This document shows positions 22,644 through 35,246 of a stretch of DNA of 64,000 nt, piece after piece (within the stretch, counting starts at the first letter, position 1; each line of letters begins with the position of its first letter). Both the position numbers and the translations under genes were made by a program. The notes beneath the pieces are model-generated. The model ran no database searches, was not told the origin of the DNA, and saw only the letters and a program-made list of their open reading frames with translations. This DNA is from Squalus acanthias. Lineage: Eukaryota. The stretch covers positions 124,808,001 through 124,872,000 of the forward strand of contig CM059431.1 of the NCBI GenBank assembly GCA_030390025.1. Reading direction: 5' to 3'.

Positions 22644-24861
22644 TGTTTCTCTCTCCACGGATGCTGCCTGGCCTGCTGAGTTTTTCCAGCGTTTTCTGTT
22701 GTTATTAGGGGGGAAAAATTCGGTTGGTTAGCGCCTCCAGGCGGCGCTAACGGGGCGCTAGGAACTTAGCACCCGAGTGCGGCGATTTTAGTGCTGCTCG
22801 CGAAATTGACCAGTCATTTTGCGGCGGCGCTAGACACTACCGCCACGATCTCCTGCTCCCGCAGATCATGACGTCAGTCAAGCGTGCAACATCCTGGTAG
22901 CGCCCCAGACCGGATATTGAGTCGTGCCCCCTGCCTTAGCGCCTGCTGCTAGGTACGACAGGTAGAGGGGAACGTTTTCAAGTCGGGAAGGGGCTGGGGG
23001 AGCGCTATTTAAAGGTGGGCGCTTCCTGCCTTTTCTTGTCCGCAAAATATTTGGTTTTAATGCTGTCCTAAGGAGTTTTGGCCCTCAGCACCACTTTTGA
23101 GGTTCCTAAGCGCCGAGCTCTTTCCCTGGGCCTATCCATTAGTGCTTCTAACACAATTGCTTTCGAGTTCTCTCCAGGCCGACATTCAAGGCTGCAATGA
23201 GCAGGGAGTGGCTGGCCAGCAAGATGGTTTCTCTCCTTTAAGAACTGGATGGCGCCAGTCTGTCTGGCTTCCATGGTAACTGGCATCGCCTGAGCTTCGG
23301 TAGCGTTCTGAGGTAGCACCTCGCTCCCTGACGTTTGCGCCTTAAGAGAGGTGTGTAGCGCCTGATTTAGCGCTCAAATCACCTCCAGGGGCGATAGAGG
23401 CAAATTTTGCAGTCAGAGGCGATAATTAGCGCCGGGCGCTAAACTTTGCGCCTGGCCAATATTAGCGCCCCAAAATGGGCGATACTGAATTTTTCCCCCA
23501 TGTTGTTTGTTTCAGTGCACCCATTTTCTTATATACAAGGACCATCCTTTCCCTTTTCCGTGTACATTCAATAATCCAGGTACTTTATTTGCATCAGCAT
23601 TAATGCCCTCTACTTCTTCATTCCCAAACATATAATACCTTTATTTATTATATAAGTAAAATAATAGTTAAATAGTATGATCCTGAGGGAAGGAAAAACC
23701 AGAGCTAGACTTGTTTTGATCAATATGGCACAAAGCTAATTCCTTCAATCTTTCCAAAGTCAATTATGTACGACTTCAGTAAATGGTTTGTTGAGATTAA
23801 CTGAGAAATTTTAAATGTAATATGCTGCAAAGTAAATAACACTATTATTTTTATATATTAAATTATTGCAAGAAAATACATTTCTCCTCCTCCAAAGGGA
23901 GAATAATGTCTCCCTGTAAAGAAATAAGTTGTAAGTGCATTTGTAAACTGGATAAAAACTTTTCTTTTAGTAATTGTTATTAAAGATTTTTGGAAACAGA
24001 AAAAAGCTCCAGTGAACAGTGAAAGCAAGCAGCCACTCTGGCACCCCTTGTCACTCATTATCTCACGGGATCTCAGATTATGAAGCCAGGAATTTAATCA
24101 GCCGCCCATATCCATTTTTAGCAGTCAAACAAGGTTTCATGGCCAAGAAATGAAATGTGATGTAATGATGTTTGTCTGTTAAGTGTCTTCACTATACCTT
24201 GTAAGTAAAAAATAATATTTAGTAAATGGCTATTCACATCTATTGGAAATTAATCAACCTGCCAACAATCTTTAGTTTTATTACCTCCCACATGTTGGGA
24301 AAATAGGAAGATTGGACTAAAGGGAGGGAAGAACAGGAAAAAAATTGACTTTATCATTGATATTTTGTAATCTCTATCCTGAACCTTTTAACTTTATGCT
24401 TTGTTGTTTTATATGTGGCAACATTCCTCAGAAGTTCACCTTGAATGAGTGGGGAAGGATGTACTGAAGCAGATATCTCAAGAGAAGGAGAATGAAAGTG
24501 GTCATGTAATGGTAGAAAGGAATTTTAGAGGTATGAAGGGGTATCAGGGATCTTGGATACAAAGAAAAAGTAGGAGGAATTTTTGAGACATTGGGGAATT
24601 TTGGAATCAGAGAGGAAGCAAGTGGAAGTCCTGAAGGCGGGCGCATACCAGAGTAGGGAAAATGAACTCTCCCATTAAGTCCATAATATTTTCGAAATGT
24701 GAAAATATATCCTTTACTCTGAAGGAATAATTGAATTTTCATACTTCTAAGTACCTAGGAAGGGTTATATGTCCTGAGAACAATTATTTAATATCTGTAA
24801 TAGAGTTGTAGAATGTACTACTCCTAAGAAAGAGTGTGTATGTGCAACTGACAGAAAGACT

Positions 24862-25747
24862 GGCCAGAATTTTCCAGGAGGTCAGGGGGCGCGATCGGTG
24901 GCGGGGCAGGTGGGAAAGTGTTTTTTTCCCCCAGCGGGTCGGGACTCCGCTGTGAACCCGCCGCCACATGCCTTTCCCAATGTTGGGTCTGTCAGTGCTG
25001 AGCAAACCCGACACACAGCAGCGGGGGACCCAATTCAGGTAATTCGTGGCTTGTTTAGAGAAACTTAAGAATGATTTTCAGCTTACCATTTGCATTTGAC
25101 AGCTCGCTCATGGGGTCTACGCTGGTCATGGACCATGTCAAGTTGAGGCGGGAGTTCAGTGGCCATTGAATCAGCTGTTGAGTTGAAAGCTTCAAATGTA
25201 CAGTAAAAGCTCCCACCGTACAGAGATATCTTCCCTCAGCCACAAGCATTTCCACAACACCTTCACCAAGCTGCAAGTCTTTACACAAGTCTCCATCCAG
25301 TCTGACCTCATTACCTCTCTCACCATTGACAGATCACTTCTGACATCTCTACTTCACCTGCCATCTATTCCATCAGCATGGGTGCCCTTTAGACTCTCTC
25401 ACCTTAGTCCTCAGAATCCCACCACGATCAGCTCCAACACCAGCAGCACCAGTCACACCAGCAGCAGCCGCAACAACACCAAACTTCTTCACAAACACCT
25501 GATGCTGCACAGGACTGAGGGCATCACCACCCAACCACATTGCTGCCCAGGAGGCTAGGGATGGCCTCAGCATGGCCAGATTTATTTCACTTGATGCTGT
25601 ACACCCTGGTTGCCACATGATGCGCCAGGTTGGCACCACTCCACACCAACACCATAAAGCATCCCTATAATGTCCAAGCCATTCCTTTCACACTCATCAC
25701 CTGACCCGCCACCGAATGCGCCCACTGATCCGACGAAAAATTCCCCC
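24862..25747 (+). mobile_element. Harbinger internal-deletion derivative
   Basis: GGCCAGAATTTTC ... GAAAAATTCCCCC termini; CAG/CAA-rich transposase 5' remnant shared with 27036-28809. Confidence 0.75.
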
Positions 25748-25879
25748 CTTTGTCTTTTCTACAATATCATACTGGATTGTCAGTTGTCCCGTTGTCCATT
25801 GAATTCTTCAACATTTGACAAGAACTCATCCTGCCCAGTATTAAATGTTTGTCATTACAGTGCCCCTTCCAAACTGTAT

Positions 25880-26612
25880 GGCCAGAATTTTCGGGGGTCC
25901 ATGCGGGCGCGATCGGAGGCGGGTCGGGTGGGAATTAAGTTGGAACGAGTCGGGAATCTGCTGTCATCCTGCCCCCCATGGGCCTTTCCCTTGGGCGTGT
26001 TTGCCAGTGCGGCAGTGACCCAAACGGCAGAGGTGGGCGACCTAATTTAAATGATTATCAGCTTGTTGTCAGACCCTTAATCTCCTTTTATAGCCTACCT
26101 TTCAAATTTCCCTGCATGATCACGGGATTCACGCAGCTCGGGAACCATGTCTGTCAACCTAAGGTGGGACTGGAGTGGCCATCGACCCAGCTGGTTAGTG
26201 CACAGCATGGAAAGTACAATAAAAACTCTCACCTCACAGCTGATCACTTTCCTCAGGCAGAAGCTGTTGCTGACTGCATTCCCAGCACAGATTTAGCTTT
26301 CTAGAGGCTGCAAGTGTTTCAGCAATGTCGCCATCCAGTGTCATCCCCAATTGATAGAACCTATCACACCATTTACAGATTGTTTCTCTCATCTCTACTT
26401 GACCTGCCATCTATTCCATCAGCATGGATGCCGTTTATACTGTCTCACCTTGGTCCTCAGAATCAGACTATGATCAGCCCCAACACCAGCAGCACCAGGC
26501 ACACCACCAACCTTCTCCTCAACCACCTGATGCTGCACAGGACAGAGGGCATCAGTGCAGGGCTGCACCGTGCCGGAGGCGGTACCCCCAACACAAGGTA
26601 TACAGGCAGAGG
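25880..26612 (+). mobile_element. Harbinger left end with transposase N-terminal remnant, truncated
   Basis: GGCCAGAATTTTC start; RRRYPQHKVYRQRMSF matches [16 protein letters not shown] at ~62215. Confidence 0.8.
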
Positions 26613-27035
26613 ATGAGCTTCTTTTTAAGTGATAGCTGCATTTTTTAAATATTTCAATTCCCTCTACATTTATTAAATTGTACATTTGACAATAATATTT
26701 TTTAAGTCTAGAACCACATTAATGGCTCTGTGTATAAATGCAGCTTGCATTGTGATATTGAATTACATAGACAAGGAAAGTGCAGGGACCAACTTAATCT
26801 GTACGGAGTTGGTTGATCTTAATCAGAGTGACAGTAGATATGCTGTAATTGGTCTCAGCATCCCTTGGCTAGGGTTTAGAAATGTTGGTTGGCGTTTCTG
26901 CTACTGGTTTGAAACTAATGACTCTTGCTGGAAGTGTGCCTGTCTGGATTCTGGATGAGCAAAACTTTGGTAATGAGTGTGGTGGTTCCGATGACCAGAT
27001 AGTCTTCTGTTATTCACTGTTTAAGCTCACACATA

Positions 27036-28809
27036 GGGCTGAATTTTGCCAGCGCTCAGAGGGTGGGTTCGGAGGCGGGTCCGCTGTCAAAATGGCTGTG
27101 ATTGACAGCGGGGTGGAAGTCCGCTCTGAACCCGCCTCCTTGTTAATTTCCCAAGTGCCGGCTCTGCCTACAGTTTGCAGACCCGGCACTAAGCGGCAGG
27201 TCAGGCAATTGAGATAATTAAGAAGCTGCTTAAAGGTATTTAAGCAGCATTTTACCAGCTCCTAACGATTTTTCCCTGTTTTTTTATGAGGTTCCTGGTG
27301 CTCGGGGATCACGTCAGGTAAATGTGTCGGGTTCTCAATGACTCTGCATTGCTGTGAATAGTTGACAGCTGCAAAAGTGGTATAAAAGCTATCATTTCAC
27401 AGCTGTTCAATTTCCAATCTTAGATGCTGGAGCCTTCAGGATTTGGAATACACTTTTCAGCTTTATGGAGGTGTGAAGTGTTTGGAGCAAACCCTCTATC
27501 CAGTGTCACCTCCTTGGAGCAACCTCTCTCACCATTGACAGATCGCTTCTGTCATCTCAACTTCTATCCCATCAGCATTGGTGTCCTTGAAAAATTCTCA
27601 CCTTGGTCCTCAGAATAGGATCATGATGAACCCCAACACCAGCAGCACCAGGTACGCCAGCAGCACCAACAACATCACCAACCTTCTCCGCAATCACCTG
27701 ATGCTGCACAGGACACAGGACATTAGTACCCAAGCACATTGCTGCCCAGAAGGCCAGGGATGGCCTCACCATGGGCAGATTTACTTCAGTTGATGCTGTG
27801 CACCCTGGCTGCCATATGATGCGCCAGGTTGGCAACACCCCACATCAACACCATAAAGCATCCCTACAATGCCCAAGCCATTCCTTTCACACTCATCACC
27901 ATTTTTGGGGTACCGTTATGTTTCACCATTCATTGCAACTCACTAAGCCACTTACAAAGGTGTACACAGATCTGTCCAAGAATGCAAGTTGTTGAAAATG
28001 AAGATTTCAATGTATGACAACACATTAGCAGAAACTTTACATGGACATTGGTGATAAAACCCAACTGTCTACCCTTGTGTGTTGTTAGTTGGTATGATTG
28101 GACAAGGATGAGGGTGAGTGTGAGGGGTGGCTAGTGAGATGAAGTGATAATGTAGATAGAGAGGGATGGGTGGAGGTGCAAAGTAAGTTGGTGTGAGTAA
28201 GGATGTGCAGGAGTAGGGTAGGGAAGGCAAAGTGATGGGGATGTGATGAGTGGCACAGCAGGATGAGGTTGAGTTTGGCTTTGCATTAACGTTTTGTGAT
28301 CCACTGAGATCATTGAAACGTTTGCGCCACTGCAGCCAGGTCCACCTGACGACATCCCTGCTTGTGTCCTCCTGTGCAGTGTGCAACCAGGCTGCGTTGG
28401 TCTCCTGGGGAGGTCTTTTCCGCCCCTTGGAAGGGAAGAGAACTTCCCTGCGTGCTGTGACTTCCTCCATAAGCATATGGAGGGCATAATGGGAGAGCCT
28501 GGGTGCAGCCCTGCACCTTTGTGCAATGCTTGTCAGTGTTTGCAGCACCTCAATGCTGCAGAACACTGACAGCACAACTGTCAAAATGATTGTGGACATG
28601 GTCCCTATAAGGAAACCGGCTGATGACGCGTCATCAAATGACGTCATCAGACCCGCTTCCTATTAATTGGCCGGGAACCTCGCAGGGTGGGCTTAACAAG
28701 CTCCATCAACGGAAAATCTTGTGGAGGCCGGGATTGAGACAGATGCAGGGTCCCCACATGCCCCGGACGCCGCCCGCCCCGGACCCGCCGAGGTTGGAAA
28801 AATCCAGCC
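27036..28809 (+). mobile_element. Harbinger deletion derivative keeping the transposase 5' remnant (+) and Myb/SANT exon 1 (-)
   Basis: TIRs GGCTGAATTTT / AAAATCCAGCC; minus ORF RAAPRLS..ALHMLMEEVTARREVLFP...AW...W..RKRFNDL (Myb/SANT-like). Confidence 0.85.
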
Positions 28810-29545
28810 TGTAAATAATGGTTGTTGAGATGAGATAGTGGAGGGTAATTATGATTGTGGAATGATTTCCCAGGATAAATCACTACCTATAGCGGGGTAA
28901 GGTGTGAATATCAAAGGAAGGTGGAAAGATTAAGAACAATTCTACATACTCCATACCCTCTTCTCTAAAAGTAGTGTAAATGAAATAATAACCAATCAAT
29001 ATGTGGAAGAGATGCTCTTTTTGAACATAAAGAATAACCTATTCAGAGCAACAGAATGTAGGAAAATAAGCCTTAAAATGTTGTTGTATTATTTCATCAT
29101 GCATTCAAATCAAATTTCCCTGTCTGCTATTTCAACAATTAACCAATTTGAAATAAACAAGCAAACAGCTCAATTAAAATAGTGCAAAATGAATTAGGTA
29201 CACTTTAACTTTCACAAACACTTTAATATTGCACAACATAATTCATAGGTTAGAATTCACAGACTCAAAAGTCAATGCCCATAACACCGAAGGGAATGTA
29301 TTTTTTAATACTTTGAGTTTATTGCACAGAAACTAAACTGTGCAACATTATATCAACAACAAAAAAAAGAATTTGCATGTATATACCACCTCTAACATAG
29401 AAAATGTCCCAAAGCACTTCAGAGAGGAGTGAGAAAAAACTGATGCAATCCTGGAAACACTTAACATGATTGTATCAAATTCCTCTCTCTGCTATGTTAT
29501 TGCATAAGGGGTAACTCCTCCATTAAAATAAATTGAACACATTAA

Positions 29546-30676
29546 GGCCGAGAAATTTGGGGTTTTAGCGTCGGCTGTTAAGGCCCATTTTGATGAACTC
29601 ACTTCCGCCCGCTTCTGGCGGGTCCCACAGCGGCCACCGTTTTGGGGATCGATAGTGCTGGCTCCAGATATTTAGATTAGGCAGATCGTGATGTCAATGA
29701 GTGTGCAATGTTGAATTGAGGCACGATCTGCCATTTTGGACATCGTCGCTCCATTTAACGTCCTCTCCTAATCACGAACAGCTGACCAAACGTTCAACAG
29801 CAGGAAGGAGCCCCCAGCAGCGCTATTTAAAGAGATCCTCAGCAACTTGCAGCTGACTTGCTTTTTCAGTTCTGCTGGCTCTGTCTATGTTTGTACTACT
29901 GTTTGGAGCTTTCTAAAGTTGTTTAAAGTTGCTGAGGTCACAGGGAGTGTTGCTGCAAATGGAAAACACCTTGCTTTTCATTTAAATGCTTTTGTTCACA
30001 CCACTTGCTCCCAGTCATGGGGGCTCTACTAGCAGTCCCCCTCACATTGAGTATGATAGGGAGATGGAGCAGAGGCAGCGAAGAAGAGGACAAGATGCTT
30101 GCAGAGGGAGGAGGAGGGGGACTTTCAGCAGGAGGCCTTACCCACCTAGGATCTTCTGAGAGCACTTCCCCTACCTGCACTTAAGCCTGGAGCAGTGTAT
30201 TAGGAGACTCACCAAGGAGCTGGTCACAGAACTCTGCCATCTCCTTGGTGAAGCGTTTACCTTTGAAAGCCTTTTGCCCCCATGCGGGTATAGGACATCC
30301 CGTCGATGTTGAACCCCCAGGACCAAAGGCTTCCAGTGCAGTGTCTGAGAACCGTTTTGCCCTTTCTCTAGTGTGTTGAGCCATGGCTTCTTTTCACCTG
30401 ACAATGAGGTGCTTCTGTAACAAAGCACCTCCCCTTTAAGTAGTGGAGAGAGCCTAGGCCACTCTTTATTACCAGTAGACTGCACCCGCTATTGGCCCCC
30501 CTGTTGAGGGCTAAGCCTTTCAGCAGCGCGTTTAGCGCTGAGATCAGTGCTGCAATCATGTAAAGGAGCAGGCAGCACAAAATTTGCTTGCTGCTTGCAC
30601 CACTTACAAGGGGTGCAGGCAAATAGCGCTGGGCCATGCCCCTGCTCATTTTCGGGCATTATCCAATTTCTAGGCC
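29546..30676 (+). mobile_element. Non-autonomous Harbinger with canonical TAA TSD
   Basis: TAA|GGCCGAGAAATT ... AATTTCTAGGCC|TAA; internal transposase-start and Myb-start (RAKRFSDTALE) remnants fused. Confidence 0.9.
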
Positions 30677-30936
30677 TAAAGTGTTTGTATGACCGTATCA
30701 CACAATTTAATTTTCAGCCTGATATTTTTCTATATACCATCTCTCCGAAGGTGATTGCTTTATTTATATCACATGTTAGTGTATTATAATAATAGGAAAC
30801 AGTGTTTCCCGTGATTGAGGTCATTTGTCGCCAATAACATCAATTAGAGATTGCCTCTAAACAACTAAAAATGTGCTGGGGTTTAGCAAATAGTTAGAGA
30901 AGTGCAGTGTTCTGCACATGGTCAGGTCAAATGCTA

Positions 30937-31478
30937 AACAACAACAGCAGCAACAACTTGCATTTATATAGTACCTTTAACATCGTAAAATGACCCAAGG
31001 TGCTTCACAGGAGCGTTATCAAACAAAATTTGCCGCCGAGCCACGTAAGGAGATATTTGGACAGGTGACAGGTAGGTTTTAAGGAGCATCTTCAAGGAGC
31101 AGAGAGAGGTAGAGAGGTGGAGTGGTTTAGGGAGGGAACTCCTGAGCAGCTGAAGGCATGGCTGCCAATGATCAAGTGATGTAAATCGAGGATGTGCAAG
31201 TGGCCAGAATTAAAGAAGCGCAGACCTCTCGGAGGGTTGTCGGGCTGGAGGAGGTTACAGAGATAGGGAGGGGCGAGGCCATGGAGGGATTTGAAAACAA
31301 GGATAAGAATTTTAAATTTGAGGCGTTACTGGACTGGGAGCCAATATAGGTCAGTGAGCACGGGGGTGATGGGTGAACGCAACTTGGTGCGAGTTAGGAT
31401 ACGGGCAGCACAGTTTTGGATGAGTTCAAGTTTACGGATGGTGCAAGGTAGGAGGTCGGCTAGGAGAGCATTGGAACA
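30937..31478 (-). mobile_element. L2 LINE 3' fragment
   Basis: (CAA)n-CTTGCATTTATATAG tail; homologous to 31577-31980 and 60066-60421. Confidence 0.8.
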
Positions 31479-31576
31479 TACATACACCGTACAGAGAAAA
31501 TAATTAAAGCTAGTGGTAAAAGAAAGCGATCTGACTGTTTAAGAGCATCAAACTTTCAAGATCCAGGACGAATTTC

Positions 31577-31980
31577 AACAGCAACAACAACAACAACAAT
31601 TTGTATTTATATAGAGCCTTTAACGTAGTAAAACATCCCAAGGTGCTTCATAGGAGTGTTATCAAACAAAATTTGACAATGAGCTACAGAAGAAAATATG
31701 GTCAAAGAGGTGGGTTTTAAGGAGCATCTTAAAGGAGGAAAAAGAGGCGGAGAGGTTTAGGGAGGGAATTCCAGACCTTAGGGCCAAGGCAGCTGAAGGC
31801 ACGGCCGCCAATGTTGAAGCAATTAAAATCAGGGATGCTCAAGAGGCCAGAATTGGAGGAGTGCAGATATCTCAGAAGGTTGTAGGGCTGGAGGAGATTA
31901 CAGAGATAGGGAGGGGCAAGGCCATGGAGGGATTTGAAAACAAGGATGAGAATTTTAAAAATGAGGCATTGCTTAAACTG
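31577..31980 (-). mobile_element. L2 LINE 3' fragment (second copy)
   Basis: Same (CAA)n tail and body as 30937-31478. Confidence 0.8.
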
Positions 31981-31984
31981 AGAA

Positions 31985-32640
31985 GCTATAACTAAGGTTA
32001 ATAGGGTCCTAGGGTGTATTCACAAGACAATTCATTGTAAAGCAAAGCATATCAAACTATCCTTGTGCAAGACCTTGATTGAGCCTCAGTTAGAATACGG
32101 TGTCCAGTTTTGGTCTCCTCACATGGTGGGGGATATTGAGGCTTTGGAAAGGGAGCAGTGGAGAGCTATCAGATGAATTACCAGTTTAAAACACCTTAGT
32201 TACCTAGAAGGGCTTTAGAGAAGCATAGACAGAAGGGGATTTGATCAAGGTTTATAAAATAATGAAGGGTCTAGATTGTGTTTATGTAGACAAATATTTT
32301 CATCTGAATAGGTTAAGGAGGACCAGTGGTCATGTAAGGACAGAACTAGGCTGGATGTCAGGTGGTTCTTCTTTTCCCAGAGATTAATGGACATGTGGAA
32401 CAGGTTGCCTGCTCGTGTGATGAATGCTGGTTCATTGTATTTCTTCAAGCGAGAGTTGGACCTGTTTCTGGCTGAGGTAGACATCCTGTAACGTAAATCA
32501 GGGCCAATGTGATCTCTTGGACTTGTTTTGATTGTCTAAGGGGGTAGGAGAGGAATTTTCCCAGGTTTTGTTTGCCAATTAGCTTGTATTTTTATCTGGC
32601 TTTTCACCTCTCCCAAGCAATTACATGGCTCCAGGGGGGG
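31985..32640 (+). mobile_element. Old CR1 3' fragment
   Basis: PQLEYGVQFWSP-like segment at ~32085-32120; degenerate CR1 C-terminus. Confidence 0.7.
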
Positions 32641-35246
32641 TGGGGAGTGAATGGACCAGTAGGTCTTTACCTGTCCATCATTTTTGCTCCTATAAACCAC
32701 TGCTTATCAAAGCCATGTACAATGTTTATGATACCATTCTGCAGCACTAACACAGACTTGCACATTCAGTGTTAAAGCTGAGGGATTCAAATAAATGACT
32801 TGATAATTATGGTCGATGACACACTAGAATGTAAAAATAAAGCTGGGCCATTCAAATGTTAGAGATGAAATTGAACTAGAAAACCAATTAATAGCATATG
32901 TAAATTAACAAAAAAAATCCATGAAATTGCATATTATGGTTTTTTTTTATTTCTTTTGTTTGGTAAAGCAAAGCGCAAGGCAATAAATCACAAAGTTGTT
33001 GGTGATGTACATTTTTCTTCAGAATGAAACTTGTGACAGACCGTGGTTCGAAGTGATAAGCTGAGGCTGTTGCAGTAGATCCATTCAGTCCTGTTCAAAT
33101 CACTGCTGGCAGTTTAGGAAGAGATTTTTGCTTCTTTAACCCCTTCCATTCTGTCAGGCAATTATTGATGGATATTATGCTAAACTGATGTGGCTTTTAG
33201 CCACAGTGTAGCCAGTCAGGTTTTAGTCTTGGAGAATATCAGTTTTGGATGCCTCAAAGCTGTGCAAATGCATTCTGTTTGAACATTTTTTTCTCTTTTT
33301 TTTAAAGTAAAGATATTGAGATAGAAGGAAATTGCAAAAGTGGTTCAAGTCATGCGTGGAAGGGCAATCAATGCAAAGTTGTCATCTGGTGATGGGTGAA
33401 CTGATATGGTATTACATTTTTCATAATAAACCAGATTAAAGTGCATGCAGATTGTTTCAAGCAGACAGGTTTCAGATATTTTGGCAGTTAGCCATAATGT
33501 TAATGTTACATGAATATAGGTCTCTTATAATTGCTAAAACATGGCGCAGTAATGTCACGTGATAAGAGTTAAACCAAAATCTCTATTAATCACATTTGAA
33601 CACATAGCAATCTGAAATTTCTAAACTGCTTCAAGCAGCCAGCTGCATCTGGGTGCATCTGTTCTAGGTGCTTGAAAATATATTATTGGTGTCCTCGGTA
33701 ACAATTAAATATGTGACAAAAGGTTCAAATCAAACTCCTTCCAGGTGCATGTTGTCAACTTTTCAGTTCAAGTTGATGAACTCAATCCTTCAGCAAGATT
33801 TCATGCTTCATACTGCACTAACACTCAATAAAATAACCAGAATAGTAGCTAGATCATGACCAAGGTTTGATGTTAAAACAAAACATTAGGTTAAGAGTAA
33901 AATTAGACACTAGAGCTGCCATAAGAGTTTGAAACTTTTAAAATCCAGCATAGGTCAACACTTTTTTAAAACTTAAGTTGCTTTTAGCCCCATGAGATAT
34001 GTTAATATTGAATATCAAATTGAAGTTTCATGCAGTTCTGATTTTATGCAACCAGATCTGGCTAAGGACAAATATGGATTTGGGCTGTAAATACTTAACA
34101 ACATCTGCTTGATATATCTGGTGGTAGTAAAAAGGTACTTTAACTCCAGTCACCTAAAGAGAAGCAATTGAAGTGTAGACATTAATGGTCCATTCAGAAA
34201 TGAAATTGAAGACAGAAGATTGATCTTAGGAGGTTGCTGTCAGTGCATGGGCATTTTCAGACAAACACATTCCTGAAAGAGGCTGCTCACTTTTGAATAA
34301 TTTATCCTTTTGCAATGTTTTGATTTGTTTGTTATTCAAAACTTGAAAGCATAAGTAACTGTGGAACGAGCAAAGGAATTTTGACCCATCAAGCCCATTT
34401 ATTGAACAGTCCTTGTACAATCTGCTCTACCCCAGACCCTATGCAACCCTTCTAATCTCATTAGGCAAGGCTATGCAAATTGCTATCTGAAAATTAAATC
34501 AAATAAAACTCAAGAATATCTGTCCAGCATTACACATGACATCATTCATGCTTGATCGGTTACCCATGGCATGATATTTCCATGGTTTTAGTAGCTCTGA
34601 AACCAACATGTTTCATACAACACTGGGACATTCCTATCTCTACTTACCCTGAGAACACTCAATCCCATTACCAACTACCATTCAGCATTATTTTAGTTGG
34701 GAGTGTATTCCACACATGCATTACTATGCACGGAAAAAATCCTTCCACCCTCTCTTGTCTTGCTCGATGCTTGCGGGCATAAACCCATGTCATAGCACTC
34801 TATGATGCAGCACATTAATGCTCCAATATTCTACGCCACCATAATACTTTACCAAACCATATCAGTGCTGACTTTAAATGGATTCCCTAAGGGCTCAGCA
34901 GCAACAATGCTCTGTTCAGCTAGATAAGGCGGTGAACAGCTGAACCATATAAACCAGGAAAGTCCAAGCTTGAGTCTCCACTCAGTTTTGAATTGGTTGA
35001 TCCCAATGGGTTGTCAATGGAGGTACCAAAATTAGGCTCAGTACCCATGAGGAAGTAAAAAATTGGGTAGAAATCCAGCTCATTATCCAGAGATCCCTGC
35101 TGCAAGTGGGTATATGTGGACAACTGTTGAATAAATGCACAAACACTTCAGGTTTACAAGTGAAGAGCAGACACTTGAGCAAGATATTGGAGGGAGCCCG
35201 GTATCAATGGAATTGTGCTCTACCGAGGATTGAAAGTTGTCAATAG

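Larger units (their letters stand above)
22367..22706. mobile_element. Penelope pseudo-LTR-only insertion in inverted (fold-back) arrangement
   Basis: 22399-22556 is the near-perfect reverse complement of 22568-22706; left arm nearly identical to the Penelope end at 43361; flanked by a 15-bp direct repeat GGGGGGA(G/A)AAATTCG. Confidence 0.9.
22353..23499. mobile_element. Non-autonomous Harbinger element with a Penelope insertion in its left TIR
   Basis: TIRs GGGGGAGAAATTC / GAATTTTTCCCCC; 3-bp TSD ATG (22350-22352 / 23500-23502); many TAGCGCC/GGCGCTA motifs. Confidence 0.85.

Noticed and set aside
32750..35240. Repeat-poor stretch as possible enhancer or exon region (also 23500-24400, 37000-40700)
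   Set aside because: No supportable ORF or motif from sequence alone; needs cross-species alignment
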